Virus record (IMG/VR): IMGVR_UViG_2693429623_000011
DNA length: 10,322 bases
Direction: 5' to 3' (one strand)
Source: a virus
Taxonomy: Duplodnaviria > Heunggongvirae > Uroviricota > Caudoviricetes
Shown: piece by piece, positions 6,314 to 10,322 of the stretch
Position numbering within the stretch: the first letter of the stretch is position 1
Layout of the letters: every line of letters begins with the position of its first letter
The notes under the pieces: model-generated
Database searches by the model: none
What the model saw: only the letters and a program-made list of their open reading frames with translations
What the model was told of the DNA's origin: nothing
Program-made: the position numbers and the translations under genes

Positions 6314-9137
6314 TATCCGGGTCGCTTTCAGCGCCGTTGACAGGCTGACCCGGCCTGCCGAAAACGCCCGCCGCCTGATGGGGCAGTTTGGTGACTCCAT
6401 CCAGCGAACGCAGGGGGCGATCAAAAATCTCGAGCGTCAGGCGCGTTCATTTGAGCGCGCCCGTGACGCTGTCAGTAAAGCGGATGCGGGCATCGTGAAA
6501 GCACGACGCCAGCTTAACGCCCTTAATCAGTTACAACGCACGGGTACAGTGCTCAGCGAAAAACAACAAAAGCTGATGCAGCAGTTAAGCACCCGGCTTG
6601 AACGCCTGAATGAATCGCGCACACGGGAAATTCAGAAAATGCGGGAACTTGGCGGAGAGCTGAAACGCCACGGCATTTCCCTGACAGGCAGCGATAACAC
6701 CATCCAGCAGGCCATCAGACGCACCGGACAATACAACAACCAGCTTGAACGCGAACGGCGGGCGCTTGCGCGTGTAACGCAGGCGCGTGAGCGGTATTCA
6801 CGCGCGCAGGAAACAGCGGGAAAACTGAAAACAGGTGGTGCGCTGGCAACAGGTGCGGCGGCAGCGGGCGGCTATGCTGCCGGGCGTTTTTTGCAGCCCG
6901 CTATCGGGTTCGGGAAAGAGATGTCCCGTGTTCAGGCACTGACGCGAATCGATAAAAACAGCCCGCAGTTTAAGGCGCTGCGTGAGCAGGCGTTAAAACT
7001 TGGCTCTGAAACGCAGTTCACCGCAGGCGATGCCGCCAGTGGACAGGCATTTCTTGCAATGGCTGGTTTCACACCGCAGGCCATTCAGGCTGCGCTTCCC
7101 GGCGTGCTGAGCATGGCAACGGCTGGCGGTATGGACCTCGGCGAGACGGCGGATATTGGTTCCAATATCCTGACGCAGTTCGGCCTCTCTGCTGACCAGA
7201 TGGACCGGGTCGGTGACACACTTACCGCAGCGTTTACCCGTACCAACACTGACCTTCGCGCACTGGGCGAAACCATGAAATATGCAGGTCCGGTGGCGGG
7301 TAAGCTGGGAATATCGCTGGAGCAGGCCGCAGCGATGGCGGGCGTGCTGGCGAAGATGGGTATCAGGGGGAGTGATGCAGGTACAGCGTTGCGTAAAAGC
7401 CTGGCCAATCTGTCATCACCGCCAAAGGCAGCGGCAGAAGCACTGAAAGAGCTGGGGGTGTCAGTTGCTGACGCCAAAGGCAAAATGCGCCCGATGGAGA
7501 ATGTGCTGGCCGATCTCTATAAAGCCACCCGCAAATACGGGGAGGTTGACCGGGTATCGTTCTTTAAGGACATTGCCGGAGAAGAGGCTTTCACATCATT
7601 TATGGGCCTCGTTGATGCGGCAGGNNNNNNNNNNNNNNNNNNNNNNNNNNNNNNNNNNNNNNNNNNNGCCAAACTGAGAAAAGAACTTGAAGGCGCGCGC
7701 GGTGAGGCAGAACGCACGGCAAAGGTTATGGCCAATAACCTTGATGGCAACCTGAAATCACTCGGCAGTGCATGGGAAGGTCTGCGTATTCGCATCAGTG
7801 ATCTGGTTGACGGTCCGCTGCGTTCTGTCACGCAGTGGCTCACGCGGGTTGTCTCAAAGGTGACGGCGCTGGCGCAGGCCCACCCGGCACTGACGCGCCA
7901 GTTACTGATAGCGGGAGGCGCACTGCTGGCGACAACAGCAACGGTTGGTTCGTTGTCTCTGGTTATTGGGGTGCTTCACGGGAAGCTGGCTACGTTGCGT
8001 CTCGGTTTTTCTCTCCTGACCGAATCAATGAATGTTGTCAGGGTTCTGCCTGCATTATGGGGAATGGTGACGGGTTCCGTTTCTTTACTTGGTGGCGCTA
8101 TCGGGGCGCTGTTCAGTCCGGTTAGTCTTATCGTGGCTGCGCTTGCCGGAGCTGCCGTTCTTATCTGGAAATACTGGGATCCCATCAGGGCATTTTTTGC
8201 CGGGGTGTTCAGCGGGATTATGGAAAGGCTGACCCCGTTGCGCGAAACCTTTGAACGGTTTGGCCCTGTTTTTGATGTCGTGCGCGATGGGATTATTCAG
8301 GTCTTTAACTGGTTTAAATCGCTGCTGTCACCGATGGAGTCCAGCAAGGAAACGCTGGATAAATGTGCCAGTGCTGGCGAGATATTCGGTAACGTTCTTG
8401 GCGGTGCGTTACAACTTGTTCTGACACCTGCAAAAATGCTACTGGATACGCTGGCGTGGATACTTGAAAAACTTGGCGTCCTTCCGGATGAAGCGGAAAG
8501 GGCGCGCAAGAAAATCGAAGACGCACAGCGTGCGGCCATTCTTCAGGACAAGGTTGCCTTGCTTCAGGGGAACCTGGCGAAAATCAATCCGCCGAAGCCT
8601 GTGGAAAATGGCAATGGCACCGGAGGTGATAAACCCAAAGACAACAAACCGCTCACAGACAGCAATACCGGGACGCTACGCAGACTCAGCAAAATTGCTG
8701 ATAACACAGGTAAGCTGGTTGATGAGACGAAAAAACGCATTGGCCCCGGCGATATTGTCTTTAAGAACCTGCCCCGCGCACTTGCTGTTCGTGGGGAGTG
8801 GCAGGAGCGGAAGATTGCGCAGGTCAGTAAGCCTGCCCCCGCAATTAATATCACACCCGTGGTCCCGGCTCCGCTGCCTCCGGCGCTGGTCCCTGTTGTT
8901 GCGGCCAGCTCCCGCCCGGTGGCGGAGGCCATACGCTCTCCAGTGGCATCAGTTCCTGTAACTTCCCGTAACCGGGAGCCTGTTGCCTCCGGATTTGGTG
9001 GTGAAATTCATGTTCATCTGCATAACGTTGTTACGCAGAATCCCCGCGAACTGGCGAAACTGGTCGGTGAAATGGTCAGGGCAGAAATGGAACGGCGCGC
9101 CCGTGCCGGGCGTGGCAGTTTTTACGATAAAGATTGA
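6300..9137 (+). CDS. T: Tail tape measure protein (P2 gpT-like); an internal 43-nt N-run leaves part of the sequence unknown
   Basis: A ~945-aa ORF after E/E' with an N-terminal coiled-coil-like region rich in R/Q/E/L and a central hydrophobic segment (LLIAGGALLATTATVGSLSLVIGVLHG...). Start is uncertain: ATG 6300 (MKTLDIR), ATG 6291 or GTG 6264 are all possible. Confidence 0.85.
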   Translation: MKTLDIRVAFSAVDRLTRPAENARRLMGQFGDSIQRTQGAIKNLERQARSFERARDAVSKADAGIVKARRQLNALNQLQRTGTVLSEKQQKLMQQLSTRLERLNESRTREIQKMRELGGELKRHGISLTGSDNTIQQAIRRTGQYNNQLERERRALARVTQARERYSRAQETAGKLKTGGALATGAAAAGGYAAGRFLQPAIGFGKEMSRVQALTRIDKNSPQFKALREQALKLGSETQFTAGDAASGQAFLAMAGFTPQAIQAALPGVLSMATAGGMDLGETADIGSNILTQFGLSADQMDRVGDTLTAAFTRTNTDLRALGETMKYAGPVAGKLGISLEQAAAMAGVLAKMGIRGSDAGTALRKSLANLSSPPKAAAEALKELGVSVADAKGKMRPMENVLADLYKATRKYGEVDRVSFFKDIAGEEAFTSFMGLVDAAXXXXXXXXXXXXXXXAKLRKELEGARGEAERTAKVMANNLDGNLKSLGSAWEGLRIRISDLVDGPLRSVTQWLTRVVSKVTALAQAHPALTRQLLIAGGALLATTATVGSLSLVIGVLHGKLATLRLGFSLLTESMNVVRVLPALWGMVTGSVSLLGGAIGALFSPVSLIVAALAGAAVLIWKYWDPIRAFFAGVFSGIMERLTPLRETFERFGPVFDVVRDGIIQVFNWFKSLLSPMESSKETLDKCASAGEIFGNVLGGALQLVLTPAKMLLDTLAWILEKLGVLPDEAERARKKIEDAQRAAILQDKVALLQGNLAKINPPKPVENGNGTGGDKPKDNKPLTDSNTGTLRRLSKIADNTGKLVDETKKRIGPGDIVFKNLPRALAVRGEWQERKIAQVSKPAPAINITPVVPAPLPPALVPVVAASSRPVAEAIRSPVASVPVTSRNREPVASGFGGEIHVHLHNVVTQNPRELAKLVGEMVRAEMERRARAGRGSFYDKD
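7625..7667. other. Masked or unknown sequence (43 N) inside the tape measure gene
   Basis: A run of N. The reading frame is continuous across it, which suggests masking of real sequence rather than an arbitrary-length gap. Confidence 0.95.
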
Positions 9138-9149
9138 GGAGTCATGGCC

Positions 9150-9638
9150 ATGATGATGATCTACGGCATGTTTGTTTTTGAGCTGCGTACATTGCCGCAT
9201 CAGCAGTTACAGCAAAACAAAAGCTGGCGGCATGTGAAAAATGAACGCGTTAACCGTTCGGCAAGCTGGCAGTATATCGGTGCAGGTGATGAGCGCATCG
9301 TTCTTTCTGGTGTGCTTTATCCTGAAATTACAGGTGGCGAAGTGTCGCTGTCGCTGCTGACCACGCAGGCGTATACAGGACGACCCTGGCCTCTGATTGA
9401 TGGCGTCGGGCAGATTTACGGCATGTATGTCCTGACCGAAACGAATACGACCCGCTCCGAGTTTGATCGCTACGGTAAGGCGAAAAAGATAGAATTTTCA
9501 CTGACTCTTGAACGCTGTGATGAGGATTTGCGGGAGCGCCTGCAATCCTCATCGTTCAGCGATATGCTGTCCGGCTTCAAAGATAAGGTAACATCATCCC
9601 TTAACAGCGCGGCCAGTTCAGTTAAAGGGTTGTTCTGA
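9150..9638 (+). CDS. U: Tail protein gpU-like
   Basis: Product MMMIYGMFVFELRTLPHQQLQQNKSWRHV...WQYIGAGDERIVLSGVLYPEITGG closely resembles P2 gpU. Start set at ATG 9150, with GAGGAG (9136-9141) 8 nt upstream. ATG 9144 is too close to the Shine-Dalgarno sequence. Confidence 0.88.
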   Translation: MMMIYGMFVFELRTLPHQQLQQNKSWRHVKNERVNRSASWQYIGAGDERIVLSGVLYPEITGGEVSLSLLTTQAYTGRPWPLIDGVGQIYGMYVLTETNTTRSEFDRYGKAKKIEFSLTLERCDEDLRERLQSSSFSDMLSGFKDKVTSSLNSAASSVKGLF

Positions 9639-9646
9639 TTTAACAC

Positions 9647-9684
9647 AAAAACCGCTAATGGTCAGATTAGCGGTTATTTTGTTT
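9647..9684 (+). terminator. Rho-independent terminator after U
   Basis: 9-bp stem ACCGCTAAT(9651-9659)/ATTAGCGGT(9666-9674) with a 6-nt loop, followed by TATTTTGTTT. An A-run precedes it. Confidence 0.55.
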
Positions 9685-9701
9685 CCTGACTCTTCTCTAT
9701 T

Positions 9702-10271
9702 NNNNNNNNNNNNNNNNNNNNNNNNNNNNNNNNNNNNNNNNNNNNNNNNNNNNNNNNNNNNNNNNNNNNNNNNNNNNNNNNNNNNNNNNNNNNNNNNNNN
9801 NNNNNNNNNNNNNNNNNNNNNNNNNNNNNNNNNNNNNNNNNNNNNNNNNNNNNNNNNNNNNNNNNNNNNNNNNNNNNNNNNNNNNNNNNNNNNNNNNNNN
9901 NNNNNNNNNNNNNNNNNNNNNNNNNNNNNNNNNNNNNNNNNNNNNNNNNNNNNNNNNNNNNNNNNNNNNNNNNNNNNNNNNNNNNNNNNNNNNNNNNNNN
10001 NNNNNNNNNNNNNNNNNNNNNNNNNNNNNNNNNNNNNNNNNNNNNNNNNNNNNNNNNNNNNNNNNNNNNNNNNNNNNNNNNNNNNNNNNNNNNNNNNNNN
10101 NNNNNNNNNNNNNNNNNNNNNNNNNNNNNNNNNNNNNNNNNNNNNNNNNNNNNNNNNNNNNNNNNNNNNNNNNNNNNNNNNNNNNNNNNNNNNNNNNNNN
10201 NNNNNNNNNNNNNNNNNNNNNNNNNNNNNNNNNNNNNNNNNNNNNNNNNNNNNNNNNNNNNNNNNNNNNNN
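9702..10271. other. Masked or unknown sequence (570 N)
   Basis: A run of N. The minus-strand ORF 9674-10303 in the track is an artefact of translating N. Confidence 0.95.
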
Positions 10272-10322
10272 TTCAAATATTTGTTCACATCCTGCACAAA
10301 CAAGAGCGTTTCGTTGCAGGTC

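Larger units (their letters stand above)
534..9701. mobile_element. P2-like prophage late/tail gene region (boundaries not determinable within the window)
   Basis: Co-occurrence of ogr, D, FI, FII, E/E', T and U homologues. The left limit may lie near the REP-like and terminator region at 1-160; the right limit is hidden by the N-run. Confidence 0.7.

Noticed and set aside
6071-6424. Minus-strand ORFs 6067-6300 and 6071-6424 across the E' and T start
   Set aside because: They are antisense to the frameshift region and tape measure start, with no supporting signals.
6264-9137. Antisense and alternate-frame ORFs within the tape measure gene (7085-7483, 7465-7677, 7517-7843, 7835-8125, 7976-8185, 8297-8539, 8314-8526, 8464-8961, 8564-8932, 8949-9200)
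   Set aside because: These are typical spurious ORFs in a long GC-rich gene, with biased Ala/Arg/Ser/Pro-rich translations, no start signals, and several crossing the N-run.
9674-10303. 209-aa minus-strand ORF in the six-frame track
   Set aside because: It consists almost entirely of X from translating the 570-nt N-run, so it is not evidence of a gene.
1-10322. CRISPR arrays, tRNA or rRNA genes, and IS elements
   Set aside because: No regularly spaced direct repeats, no tRNA-like cloverleaf candidates and no transposase-like ORFs or terminal inverted repeats were seen in the unmasked sequence.

Overview
This window is the late/tail region of a P2-like (Peduovirus-type) prophage in an enterobacterial genome, based on protein-level recognition of the ORF translations. 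On the plus strand sits a contiguous tail-core operon: sheath FI, tube FII, chaperone E with its -1 frameshift extension E', tape measure T and tail protein U, closed by a rho-independent terminator. Upstream of FI, on the minus strand and read divergently, lie tail gene D, then an AT-rich 500-aa orphan gene with an N-terminal PIN-like nuclease signature, then the zinc-finger late activator ogr, then a Hok-family type I toxin locus. In P2 itself D follows U and is directly followed by ogr, so this window shows both a rearrangement and a cargo insertion. The PIN-like gene is the best candidate for an undescribed phage-carried defence or abortive-infection gene. Two N-runs (43 nt inside T, 570 nt after U) hide sequence. 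All identifications come from reading the translations and sequence by eye; no database search was possible.
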